This document shows positions 1 to 9,191 of a stretch of DNA of 42,084 nt, piece by piece (positions within the stretch are counted from its first letter, which is position 1; each line of letters opens with the position of its first letter). The notes under the pieces are model-generated. The model ran no database searches and was not told the origin of the DNA. It saw only the letters and a list, made by a program, of their open reading frames with translations. Origin of the DNA: Myxococcota bacterium (GTDB taxonomy: Bacteria > Myxococcota_A > UBA796 > GCA-2862545); assembly GCA_039208735.1 (NCBI GenBank), contig JBCCQY010000071.1:1-42084 (forward strand), given 5' to 3'. Made by a program: the position numbers and the translations under genes.

Positions 1-2
1 GG

Positions 3-599
3 GTGCTGACCGAGACCGATGGGACTCCGCAGCTCGTACGCATCACCTTGTCTGCCTGGAAAGTGGATGCGGTCGCCGGGGCTGAAATTTGGAACCTGCT
101 GCGGCCGTTGGCGCCCGAGATCATTCAGGTGTTGGGCCAGCCCAAGGTGCTCAAGGTCGCAGGAATGACCCTCGAAGGCGGGGACCTACGGTGGACGGGA
201 AGTGCGAAGCCCGGCAAGGCGTTTGACCCGTTTGCCGTGGATCTTTCGGGTGCCACCTTGACGCTGCCTCCAGGCCGGGACCGTCACCCCATCCAGGTCG
301 CGGTGCCCCAGGTACGGTCGGCCTGTGAAGTCGAAGAGGGTACGCATATGGACGGCCTGACCATCCACTTCGACCGGGTGTCGCCCCATAGCGATTACGA
401 CCCACCCGAAATCGTCCGGAGCACCGCGATGGTGGCGCTGTTGCGCTACGACGCGGGCTGGCACTGGCAGCCGTTGGCCGGCCGTGAAGGAAAGAACGTG
501 TTCGGCCCTGCCGAAGGCATCGCGGCATCCAAGAAGGTCAAGAAGCCCGCCCTTGCGGTGCTCGAAGAACGGTCCTCGCGGCTGTTGAGGCGATCATGA
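3..599 (+). CDS. Hypothetical protein, 5'-truncated by the window edge; first visible gene of the vWA-MoxR-DUF5682 operon
   Basis: Frame is open from the window start; the stop overlaps the next start (ATGA 596-599). No recognisable motif. Confidence 0.6.
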   Translation: MLTETDGTPQLVRITLSAWKVDAVAGAEIWNLLRPLAPEIIQVLGQPKVLKVAGMTLEGGDLRWTGSAKPGKAFDPFAVDLSGATLTLPPGRDRHPIQVAVPQVRSACEVEEGTHMDGLTIHFDRVSPHSDYDPPEIVRSTAMVALLRYDAGWHWQPLAGREGKNVFGPAEGIAASKKVKKPALAVLEERSSRLLRRS

Positions 600-2020
600 C
601 CGAACAGACGGCCAATCGGCGCCAGCTGTTGTTTTGGCGCACGTTGCTGACGGCCCTCGGTGACGAAAAGACGCGTGATGGCCTCGAGGCTCCGGTTCAG
701 GAGCTGATTGCCGAACTCGGGCTGCCCAGGCTCGTCCTCGATCCGCGAGCCCCTACCGACCAAGTGCTGAAGCGCGCGAAGAAGCATGCCGCGTTGCTGA
801 AACCCCCACGCGCCGACGATGCGTTGTCCGAGGACGACCAGCTGCGCAGGGTAGCGCTGTCACTCAAGGCCACCCTCAACGTGTTTGGCAAGGTGGGCGG
901 AGCCCAGGTCTCCGCAGCCCAGTACACGCAGTGGCTCGCCGATGTTCGAGCCTTCGAGCTGGCCAATGGCTACGCGCCGGGCACGTTGTTGCGCGGTGCC
1001 GGAGGCGCATCTGGCCAAAGCCAGGAGGCCAGCGACGATTACCGAGGCGGAACGTCCGGTGACATCGGTGTGGAACAGGCCGAACTCGAGGAGGCGCTCG
1101 CCGAAATCGACAAGGGCGAAGGACTGATGGCGGAGCCCGAGATTCGAGCAGGATTGCAGGGCATTGAGAAACGGCTCATCGACCGCATGCAGCTCCGTGA
1201 AGTCCTCAAGGATGCGAAACTCGCCGCCAAGCTCACCCCGTCCATGGCGCTTACCGAGCAGTTGCTCCGCGACAAGGGGCATCTCGAAGGGCCCGCGTTG
1301 GCCAATGCCAAGCGGCTCATCCAGCGCTACGTCGACGAGCTGGGCGAAATCCTTGCGCGCGAGGTTGAAAGCTCGGTCACGGGAAAGCTCGACACCGATC
1401 AGCCTCCGAAGCGCACCTTCAGCAATCTCGATCTCAAGCGTACCCTCTGGCGAAACCTCACGAATTGGGACCCGGAAAGCCAGCGGCTGTACGTGGACCG
1501 GTTGTACTACCACCGCCACGCCAAACGCATCAACAAGACCGAACTGATCGTGGTCGTCGACCAATCGGGTTCGATGGTGCCCGCCATGGTCAATTGCGCC
1601 ATCCTAGCGAGCATCTTCGCGGGTTTGCCCAAAGTCGAGGGCCGCATCATTGCCTTCGATACCCGCGCCATCGACCTCACGCCTTGGGTCCGCGATCCCT
1701 TTGAATGCCTGCTGCGCACGCAACTGGGTGGGGGAAACGACGGCCTGGTCGCCGTGCCGCATGTCCAAGGCTACGTCCGCGACCCCCGCAACACGGTGGT
1801 GGTGTGGGTCTCGGACTTCTACGACACCCATGAACTCATGCCTGTGTTCACGCGCTGGGTGCGGTCTGGCATCACGTTTGTGCCGGTCGGCTCCGTGTCG
1901 AGTTCGGGCTTCTTTTCTGTTGAACCGTGGTTCCGCCGCGAGCTGAAGGCCCTGGGTACTCCCGTACTCTCGGGCAGTCTGCGCACGCTGATCCGCGAAC
2001 TCAAATCCGCTCTTCCGTAA
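596..2020 (+). CDS. VWA (CoxE/YehP-like) domain protein
   Basis: MIDAS motif VVVDQSGSM, IIAFDT, QLGGGND, VWVSDFYD; directly upstream of a MoxR ATPase. Confidence 0.88.
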   Translation: MTEQTANRRQLLFWRTLLTALGDEKTRDGLEAPVQELIAELGLPRLVLDPRAPTDQVLKRAKKHAALLKPPRADDALSEDDQLRRVALSLKATLNVFGKVGGAQVSAAQYTQWLADVRAFELANGYAPGTLLRGAGGASGQSQEASDDYRGGTSGDIGVEQAELEEALAEIDKGEGLMAEPEIRAGLQGIEKRLIDRMQLREVLKDAKLAAKLTPSMALTEQLLRDKGHLEGPALANAKRLIQRYVDELGEILAREVESSVTGKLDTDQPPKRTFSNLDLKRTLWRNLTNWDPESQRLYVDRLYYHRHAKRINKTELIVVVDQSGSMVPAMVNCAILASIFAGLPKVEGRIIAFDTRAIDLTPWVRDPFECLLRTQLGGGNDGLVAVPHVQGYVRDPRNTVVVWVSDFYDTHELMPVFTRWVRSGITFVPVGSVSSSGFFSVEPWFRRELKALGTPVLSGSLRTLIRELKSALP

Positions 2021-2038
2021 CTTCCGCTGGAGCAAGCC

Positions 2039-3148
2039 ATGAGCAACCACCTGCGTCCCCCGGCCGAAATCAAGTATGCCGAGGAGCTGGACTGGCTCGA
2101 GTCGATCGACGATGGGCAGAAGCCCTTCACCTGGCGGCTTTCGCCCAAGATGGTGCGCATTTTCGTGCTCGGTTCTCGCCCGAGCGATGGGCTCGACCGC
2201 GAGGTCGCCCAAAAGTGGTACGGCCACGCAAGCCTGGTTGAAAAGGCCATTGTGACCCTGGCCTCTGACCGCGCGTTGCTCCTCATTGGAGACCCCGGCA
2301 CGGGCAAGAGTTGGCTGGCCGAACTGTTGTCTGCCGCCATCAGCCGCAACAGCACGGACGTGGTGCAGGGCACGGCGGGCACGACCGAAGACCACATCAA
2401 ATACGCCTGGAATGTCGCCGAGGTCATCGGAAAAGGGCAGAGCCGTGAATCGCTGATTCCATCGCCGATCATGACGGCCATGCTTGCGGGCCGTCTGGGT
2501 CGCTTCGAGGAGCTGACGCGTTGCCCATCTGACGTGCAGGATGCGCTGATCAGCATCCTTTCTGAGAAGTACGTGATGATCCCCGAACTCGACGAAGACA
2601 ATGTGGCCTTCGCCGAGCCGGGGTTCAACGTCATCGCGACCGCCAACAGCCGAGATCGCGGGGTCAACGACCTCTCTTCGGCCCTCAAACGACGGTTCAA
2701 TTTCGTTCAGATTCCGATTGTAGCGAATCGAAAGGCGGAAAAGCAGATCGTCGAGTTTCGTGTCCGCGACCTGCTGGAGCGCAACCAATTCGACGTCGAG
2801 CTTCCTCCCGCACTCCTCGACGTGTTGTTGCAGACGTTCGAGGATCTACGTGTTGCATCGGCAAATGCGTCGAGCGACGACGAGCGCCTCGAGTCGGCCC
2901 TGTCGACGGCCGAGCAAATCGGGGTCGTCGAGGATGCCATTTTGCACGGTCAGTTCTTCGGGGAGGGTTTGGCCCCCGAGCACCTCGCGAAGAGCCTGGT
3001 GGGCACGCTTGTACGTCGGGTGCCTGAAGACGTGTCGGTGATGAACAAATTCTGGCACGCCGTCGTGGCCAAGCGCGCTAAGGAACATGGCGGGGATTGG
3101 AAGGGCTTTTTGCGGGGCGGGCAGGACGCCATGGAGCTGCATCGCTGA
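2039..3148 (+). CDS. MoxR-type AAA+ ATPase (YehL-like)
   Basis: Walker A GDPGTGKS, Walker B RFEELTR, FNVIATAN sensor I, LSSALKRRF arginine finger; GGAG RBS. Confidence 0.92.
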   Translation: MSNHLRPPAEIKYAEELDWLESIDDGQKPFTWRLSPKMVRIFVLGSRPSDGLDREVAQKWYGHASLVEKAIVTLASDRALLLIGDPGTGKSWLAELLSAAISRNSTDVVQGTAGTTEDHIKYAWNVAEVIGKGQSRESLIPSPIMTAMLAGRLGRFEELTRCPSDVQDALISILSEKYVMIPELDEDNVAFAEPGFNVIATANSRDRGVNDLSSALKRRFNFVQIPIVANRKAEKQIVEFRVRDLLERNQFDVELPPALLDVLLQTFEDLRVASANASSDDERLESALSTAEQIGVVEDAILHGQFFGEGLAPEHLAKSLVGTLVRRVPEDVSVMNKFWHAVVAKRAKEHGGDWKGFLRGGQDAMELHR

Positions 3149-5961
3149 TGGCGAACGATGCGATTGACACGCTCATGGGTCCCCTTCGCGCGGCCGCGCA
3201 GGCCTTTAGTGCCGATGCTGACGCACTCGATGGGGTCCTCTCGACACTGGCCCAAGATGTCGCCCGCGCGCGCTCTGAACGGTTGCCGATCTTTCCCGTC
3301 ATCCACCACAGTCCGGCTTCGGCGGTGCACATGGTGCGCTACCTACGCGAGAAGAAGCCCAAGGTTGTGTTCCTGGAGATGTGCGAGGACTTCCACGACC
3401 TGATCGAGCCGTTGCGCGATTGCACCTTGCCGGTCGCCTTCCAGGCGTTTGCCGGCGAAGTCGAAGGGCATCCCCCGGAGTGGACGCCTCTTTCGGTGGT
3501 GGCACCGATTACCGAGCTGTCCGCTGAATACCAGGCGATGGCGTACGCGATGCAACACGACGACGTGGACGTCGTGTTTGTCGACCGGTCGGTCGATCAT
3601 GTTTTTTTGTGGGAGGGTGAGCGAGACGCCAATCTCGACGCCGAGGATGACGACGCAGAGCCCGAGGAGGAAGAGGCCCGAATGCACGGGGGGGCCTTGG
3701 GCATCCAAGTGGGGAACATCGTGCCCACGTTCCCTGCGTTTCGTGACTTCTTGCTGCAGAACGCCCGAATGTCGCGCTTCGAGGAATGGACGGCGTTGTA
3801 CGTCGAAGAGCCCACCATCGGCGCCGATACCGAGACTTATCGCGAGGTGCTCTTCTTGGTAGGCAGCCTGTTTCGGCGTCTGGGCTCGCGCCCCCATGAG
3901 CGCGAGGTGATTCGTCGCCGCGACCGCTACATGTGGACCCGGATCAAGGCGCACCTGGCGCGAACCGGAGTCGACCCGACCGAAGCGGTGTTCGTGTGTG
4001 GAGCCGCCCATGCGGTCGACGATGAGTGCCCAGAGTGGGGGCTCGACAACGACCTGCGGTACGAGATTCCGAAGCGCACACAAACCCAGTGGCTGCACGG
4101 GTTCATTCCTTCGAGCTACGCCGCGATCGAACATCAGTTTGGCTACTCGCGGGGAGCGGTGACGCTGGCCGAGGCTCGCTGGAAGAAGGCTGTCAAGACC
4201 TGGAATCTTCAGCCGTTCACCTTGCCCTCCCGCAAGAGCAAGGCCAAAGGACCGAAGCGCATCAAGAAGGCGAAGCCGCCGGTGCCACTGTCGCTAAGCG
4301 AAGTGCTTTCGGTCGCGCCGGCGCTGGGTGAGGCCGACGCCGACGAGTTGCTCGGATGGTGCACGGGCATCGTGGCCGAGGCGCGTCGTGCGCGGTACCT
4401 CGCCTCGACCGCGGATGCCATCGCCATCTACGAGACGTCGATGTTGCTTGCGAACCTCCGCTCTCGACGGAGGCCCACCCCCTACGACTTCATCGATGCC
4501 GCTGAGACGTGCCTTGAAAAGGGGGCTCCGCCGGGTCGACGAAACGTTCGCCAGCTGTGCAGCCGGTTGCTCGGCGGCGACCGCGTTGGCCAGGTCGGCT
4601 ACGACTCGCTTCCCCCACTCGTGCAGAACATCTACGACCGGCTTGAACCCCTCGGCATCCATGCCTCGACTCGGCGCAAGTCTCGCGTGTTGCTGGACTT
4701 TACCTCCGAACCCGAGAAGCGTCCGTGCAGCCGGTTGTTGTGGCGTCTGCGCTGGTTGCTCCCGCAGAGTCGGGTAGCGGTGCCCATCATGGGCGACCTC
4801 AAGCTCGGCATGCAGCCAAAGCAGGAGTCCTGGGATGTGGCGCTGCATGGCCATGGACAGCGCGAGGTCATCCAGCTGGCCTTCGAGGGGGTCACCGTCG
4901 AGCAGGTGTTGGAGCGCCGGCTTTCGGAACGGGCGTTTGGTGCCGATGCGACCACGGTCGACGCGCTTGAGGCGGCCGAGGTTTCCGAGATTTTGCTCGA
5001 GAGTCCTCGCCTGACCCAAACCCTTGGCGAGCGGGCCGTCGAACGGCTCCTCGTCGAGGTGGGGGCCGACGATGCCCCCGAGATCTTTGCTCGGATCCGA
5101 CGCCTCGATCAGCACTACCGTACGCAGCCCACGGGAGCACCGGGCTGGGTCGGGCACTTCATCGCTACGGGCTACCAGCACTACACAAGCCAGCTGCCCG
5201 AGGCCTTTGCGGACCGGGGCACGACGCCCGAACAGCTGGCGGCCATGCTGTCGTTCGTGTTCACGCTCGAGAGTTTGGCCTTGGCCCAAGGGGGCCAGCG
5301 CAGCCAGCTCCGCCTCGCCATCGAACATGCCGGACCGGGCACGGTCGACCCCGAAAAGCTCGGGCTGCTCTGGGCCGCAGAGTGGCTGGTTCAGCGTCGG
5401 GATGAAGCCCAGGTGAGAGCGGCGTTTGGGGCGATCCTCGAGCACCCCTTGGGCCGAAGCGCCTACCCCCGCTACCTCTCAGGGTTCCTCCAGTCGCTCG
5501 CGTTCGCACCCAAGATGGGCCCGCTCGGCGTAGAGCTGTTGGGACGGGCGTTTGCGGAACTGGGCGATGACGTGCTTCTGCCCTGGATGCCCACGCTCTT
5601 GCAGGAGTTGCGTCCGCGGTCGGCCGACGTGCTGCCATCGCTGTTTGGCGAAGCGCTGCGGGCGTTGCCTCGGTCCCTCGACGCGGTCACGGATTGGCAG
5701 GCGCCCTGGCTCGCGCCTCCCGTGGCGGTCACGTCCTCGGCCGACGCCGCACCCTCGGCGGAAGCGGCTCTCGTGGGTCAGTTGTTGCGTGCGCATCCGG
5801 CCGCCGCGGATGCGGTCGCGACCTTGTTTGGCCGTGAACCTGGATTTGGCGCAGCTCCCGCTGCGGCCTCCCCTACGAGTTCGCCCGGATTGCCGCGAAT
5901 TCAGGCGCTTCTCGAGGCGCATCCCGACGCGCGGAAGGCCGTCGAGCGACTCTTCGCCTAA
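3148..5961 (+). CDS. DUF5682 / YehM-like protein
   Basis: Start at the TGATG overlap with the ATPase stop; motifs PVIHHSPASA, FLEMCED, RRDRYM, FVCGAAH, GGDRVGQVGYDSLPPL; conserved MoxR-vWA context. Confidence 0.8.
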   Translation: MANDAIDTLMGPLRAAAQAFSADADALDGVLSTLAQDVARARSERLPIFPVIHHSPASAVHMVRYLREKKPKVVFLEMCEDFHDLIEPLRDCTLPVAFQAFAGEVEGHPPEWTPLSVVAPITELSAEYQAMAYAMQHDDVDVVFVDRSVDHVFLWEGERDANLDAEDDDAEPEEEEARMHGGALGIQVGNIVPTFPAFRDFLLQNARMSRFEEWTALYVEEPTIGADTETYREVLFLVGSLFRRLGSRPHEREVIRRRDRYMWTRIKAHLARTGVDPTEAVFVCGAAHAVDDECPEWGLDNDLRYEIPKRTQTQWLHGFIPSSYAAIEHQFGYSRGAVTLAEARWKKAVKTWNLQPFTLPSRKSKAKGPKRIKKAKPPVPLSLSEVLSVAPALGEADADELLGWCTGIVAEARRARYLASTADAIAIYETSMLLANLRSRRRPTPYDFIDAAETCLEKGAPPGRRNVRQLCSRLLGGDRVGQVGYDSLPPLVQNIYDRLEPLGIHASTRRKSRVLLDFTSEPEKRPCSRLLWRLRWLLPQSRVAVPIMGDLKLGMQPKQESWDVALHGHGQREVIQLAFEGVTVEQVLERRLSERAFGADATTVDALEAAEVSEILLESPRLTQTLGERAVERLLVEVGADDAPEIFARIRRLDQHYRTQPTGAPGWVGHFIATGYQHYTSQLPEAFADRGTTPEQLAAMLSFVFTLESLALAQGGQRSQLRLAIEHAGPGTVDPEKLGLLWAAEWLVQRRDEAQVRAAFGAILEHPLGRSAYPRYLSGFLQSLAFAPKMGPLGVELLGRAFAELGDDVLLPWMPTLLQELRPRSADVLPSLFGEALRALPRSLDAVTDWQAPWLAPPVAVTSSADAAPSAEAALVGQLLRAHPAAADAVATLFGREPGFGAAPAAASPTSSPGLPRIQALLEAHPDARKAVERLFA

Positions 5962-6196
5962 CAGCTTGCAGGAGCGAAGCGACGAAAGCTGACCGCGTGA
6001 GCCTGCAGGCGCGTAGCGCCGAAGGCCAGCGGTGATCAGACTCGCGCAAGCTTTGCTTGCTGCTGTCCTGATTTCGCGCAAGCTTCGCTTGCCGCTGATC
6101 AGGCTGCAGGAGCCGCAGGCGACGAAGCCTGAAGCGCGTCGGGCTGCAGGAACAAATCAACAAATGGCCTGGCACCTTGGTTCTGTGACGAAGCCC
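5962..6196. repeat. Intergenic array of imperfect palindromes (REP/BIME-like or structured RNA)
   Basis: Four units of stem-TGCAGG(A/C)-hairpin-G(A/C)CGAA-stem at 5962-5991, 6001-6026, 6099-6132 and 6141-6196, plus two copies of TCGCGCAAGCTTYGCTTGCYGCT at 6042-6064 and 6074-6096. Lies between convergent genes. Confidence 0.8.
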
Positions 6197-6204
6197 AGTG
6201 CTGA

Positions 6205-7224
6205 TCACACGAAGGGGATGGTGATGTCCGAGACCCGAGTGAGCCACTCGGGAACCGGAAAGCCCTTGGAACGACGGAACTCGACGTCCCACAACTGCGA
6301 TTGGTAGCGGCTGCCGTGGTCGCACAACAACGTCACGATGGTGTGGCCAGGCCCCATGTCCTTGGCCAAGCGGACGGCGCCAGCCACGTTCATGCCAGCC
6401 GATCCGCCCATGAGCAGTCCATCGGTGCGGGCGAGGTTGTCGATCACCTCAACCATCTCCGCGTCGGGAATGCGGTACGCCTTGTCGACCAAGGCCCCAT
6501 CCACGTTGCCGGTGATGCGACCCTGACCAATGCCCTGTGAAACGCTGCCGCCTTCGACGTCGGTGGCCAGCTCTTGGCGCGTGAACCACGCATACATCTT
6601 GGCCCCGTGCGGGTCGGCGAGGGCGATGGTCACGTCTTGGTGCTGACCCTTGAGGTAGATCCCGGTGCCCGACAGGGTGCCGCCCGTCCCGATGGCCGAA
6701 ACGAAGCCATCGATTCGGCCCCCGGTCTGCGCCCAGATTTCAGGCCCGGTGCCCTCGATATGAGCCTGCCGATTCGCAAGATTATCCCACTGATTTGCAT
6801 AAAAGGCGCCCAGATTCTCTGCGATGCGGGTCGCGATGTGAACGTAGTTGTTGGGATCGGCGTAGGGTTTGGCAGGTACTTCGACGAGTTCGGCCCCAAA
6901 GAGCCGCAACATGTCTTTCTTTTCTTGGGTCTGGGTCTCGGGGATGACGATGATCACGCGGTAGCCGCGGGCCTGGCCCACCATGGCGAGTCCGATGCCG
7001 GTGTTCCCTGCGGTGCCCTCGACGATGATGCCGCCGGGCTTCAACACGCCGCGGCGCTCCGCATCAAGCACCATGAATTTGGCTGCGCGATCTTTGACCG
7101 ACATGCCGGGGTTCAGCCACTCTGCCTTGCCGAGGATCTCACACCCGGTGGCCTTCGAGGGCCCGTCCAGCCGGATGAGCGGCGTATTTCCAATGGCATC
7201 GACAACGTCTTGGCGAATGGTCAT
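6205..7224 (-). CDS. cysK: Cysteine synthase A (O-acetylserine sulfhydrylase, PLP-dependent)
   Basis: IGNTPLIRL, KAEWLNPGMSVKDR (PLP lysine), EGTAGNTG, GTGGT; ATG 7224 overlaps the cysE stop. Confidence 0.92.
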   Translation of the reverse strand: MTIRQDVVDAIGNTPLIRLDGPSKATGCEILGKAEWLNPGMSVKDRAAKFMVLDAERRGVLKPGGIIVEGTAGNTGIGLAMVGQARGYRVIIVIPETQTQEKKDMLRLFGAELVEVPAKPYADPNNYVHIATRIAENLGAFYANQWDNLANRQAHIEGTGPEIWAQTGGRIDGFVSAIGTGGTLSGTGIYLKGQHQDVTIALADPHGAKMYAWFTRQELATDVEGGSVSQGIGQGRITGNVDGALVDKAYRIPDAEMVEVIDNLARTDGLLMGGSAGMNVAGAVRLAKDMGPGHTIVTLLCDHGSRYQSQLWDVEFRRSKGFPVPEWLTRVSDITIPFV

Positions 7225-8126
7225 GGGCTGCGGTTCTCCCGGGCAACGTCCTGCGCTTGCAGGCGATGGAACACGCGCGATTTTGGCGGGACACTCCGCG
7301 TCAACCACACATTTCCGCCGATCACCGAGTCGGCACCCACCACCGTATCGCCGCCCAGGATCGTCGTCCCCGCGTAGACGGTGACCCGGTCCTCCAAGGT
7401 GGGGTGCCGTTTGACGACCCGGTCGCGGTCGCGGTCCACATCGCCGCGGACGGACAGGGCCCCAAGCGTGACGTTCTGGTACAGCTGCACCTCATCGCCA
7501 ATCTCCGACGTCTGGCCGATGACCACGCCCGTGCCGTGGTCCATGAAGAAGCCGCGGCCGATCTTCGCTCCGGGATGGATGTCGATGCCTGTGCGTTCAT
7601 GAGCATGCTCGGTGAGAATGCGCGGAATCATAGGCACGTCGTCAACGTAGAGACGATGGGCGAGGCGATAGGCGGTCACCGCATAGACCGAGGGGTAGCT
7701 GAACACGACCTCCTCCATGCTTTCGGCGGCCGGGTCCCGCCGGTAGGCCGCCTCGACATCGAGATGCAGCACCTCGCGAAGGTGCGGCAGGGCTTCGAGC
7801 AACCCCTGGACACGCTCCTCTGCCCAGGAATCGGCGCGCTTGAGAGACCGGTGTCGGTCCGCCCATGCCGCCGCCCGTCGAATCTGCGCTACCAAGGCCT
7901 CGGACGCCCGAAGCACGTGCTCCGCGAGCACCAGACGCAGGTTCGAAGCGTCGAGCTGTCGGCGACTGTAGAACCCCACGTAGAGCACGTGCAGCAGGTG
8001 ATTGAAGACCTCGATGACAGCACGCCGGTTGGGCAGCGCGTGGGTTTCGAGGCGATTCAGCGGTGTGTCGGGCCCATAGGACGAAACGAGGTCGTCGAGG
8101 ACCTTCTCGAGGTCGAGCGGTGGCAT
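7221..8126 (-). CDS. cysE: Serine O-acetyltransferase
   Basis: DPAA..EEVVFSYP, TGIDIHPGAKIG, FMDHGTGVVIG, KRHPTLED hexapeptide repeats; operonic with cysK. Confidence 0.93.
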   Translation of the reverse strand: MPPLDLEKVLDDLVSSYGPDTPLNRLETHALPNRRAVIEVFNHLLHVLYVGFYSRRQLDASNLRLVLAEHVLRASEALVAQIRRAAAWADRHRSLKRADSWAEERVQGLLEALPHLREVLHLDVEAAYRRDPAAESMEEVVFSYPSVYAVTAYRLAHRLYVDDVPMIPRILTEHAHERTGIDIHPGAKIGRGFFMDHGTGVVIGQTSEIGDEVQLYQNVTLGALSVRGDVDRDRDRVVKRHPTLEDRVTVYAGTTILGGDTVVGADSVIGGNVWLTRSVPPKSRVFHRLQAQDVARENRSP

Positions 8127-8359
8127 GGCCTACGCATATCGAGCCGGTGCAGCGACAGTCCGCGGGTGCCATCTCGACCTTGACGGGGCCCGGCGGTCCT
8201 TCGACGACCACGACCGACGCGAGCTGAGCGCCCTCACCCAGGCCTACCACCAGGCCTGGCACTGTTGGACCCTTGGGGATCATCGAGCGCTCGCGGGGCT
8301 GCCCACGCTGGGCAACCGGCTGTTCGCGTGGTTCGACAGGAAGCCAGAATGGGGGCAAC

Positions 8360-8668
8360 GGCTTCGAACAGCGTGAACAGCTTCATCTTCTACGGCAGAT
8401 CGGAGAAGATCGGCTCGAACAACCGCCAGGATCAGGAGGTCAGCATGCTCTGTCTCCACCTCCTGCAGAACTGTCTCGTCTATGTGAACACGGTGATGAT
8501 CCAGGAGGTCCTGGGCGAGGAGGGCTGGTTCGAAGCATGTCCGAGGCCGACCGACGAGCCCTCACCCCGCTGCTTCACGCGCACATCAACCCCTACGGAA
8601 GCTTCTCGCTCGACCTCACCCAACGCATCCCGCTCGGCGAAACCGCCAGAATGTCCCTCTTGGCTTAG
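8360..8668 (+). pseudogene. tnpA: Tn3-family transposase C-terminal remnant, frameshifted near 8535 (start approximate)
   Basis: [49 protein letters not shown] continues in another frame as [23 protein letters not shown], the characteristic Tn3 TnpA C-terminus. Confidence 0.85.
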
Positions 8669-8814
8669 CGTTGGAGTCATTGTCGCTCATCATTTAGATA
8701 TCAATTTACCTATGAGCAGTACTCCGAATTATTCAAGCTTACAAGTTTGTAGTTCGGAAGTTGTCTGAGCGGCCGAATTGAATAGTCATCCTTTTAGCTT
8801 GACTGAATGAGGAT

Positions 8815-8975
8815 ACTGCGTCTCGTCGTAGCGACCCTGAGTTTAGGCCAGGTTGTTCAGCGGGGTCCCCACAGAGGGATGGTCGGGACCAAGGGCGGCC
8901 TCCGTGAGGGCGAGGGCCCGACGGTAGAGCGGCTCGGCCTCCGCGGGACAACGACGCCGCTGGAATACCATCCCC
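8815..8975 (-). pseudogene. Kinesin-light-chain-type TPR repeat remnant (boundaries approximate)
   Basis: AEAEPLYRRALALTEAALGPDHPSVGTPLNNLA*TQGRYDE, a TPR_12-like consensus with an internal stop and deletion. Confidence 0.75.
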
Positions 8976-9154
8976 CCGTCCTGCACTACCAATTCAATAC
9001 AATCGGTCAGCGCCCGGATCGACACGGTCGACCTTCTCGATCTCGAATTCGAGTTGACCGCTGCGCGAGGCGAACCAACACTGCGCAAGGCCATGAGGGC
9101 GCCCGTGCCTTCCTGCGCTTCAGGCCACGAGCAGGATCCTATGGTCCTCTCGGC

Positions 9155-9191
9155 CTTAGCAACCGGATCCGCACGTTTCTACACGAGCCCC
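9155..9191 (-). mobile_element. Tn3-family terminal inverted repeat (outer end at 9191)
   Basis: Reverse complement is GGGGCTCGTGTAGAAACGTGCGGATCCGGTTGCTAAG (37 bp), matching the GGGG...GCTAAG pattern of ~38-bp Tn3 IRs; ~490 bp downstream of the tnpA remnant. Confidence 0.65.

Noticed and set aside
5962..6196. CRISPR array or hammerhead ribozymes
   Set aside because: Units are not identical direct repeats with regular unique spacers and there are no cas genes. The core TGCAGGA/GACGAA does not match the hammerhead CUGANGA/GAAA core with its three-stem junction.
6032..6307. 91-aa ORF
   Set aside because: It runs through the palindrome array and overlaps cysK antisense; no protein-like features.
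8125..8376. 83-aa ORF divergent from cysE
   Set aside because: It starts on top of the cysE start with no room for a promoter or RBS and merges into the tnpA remnant; possibly a fragment, but unassignable.
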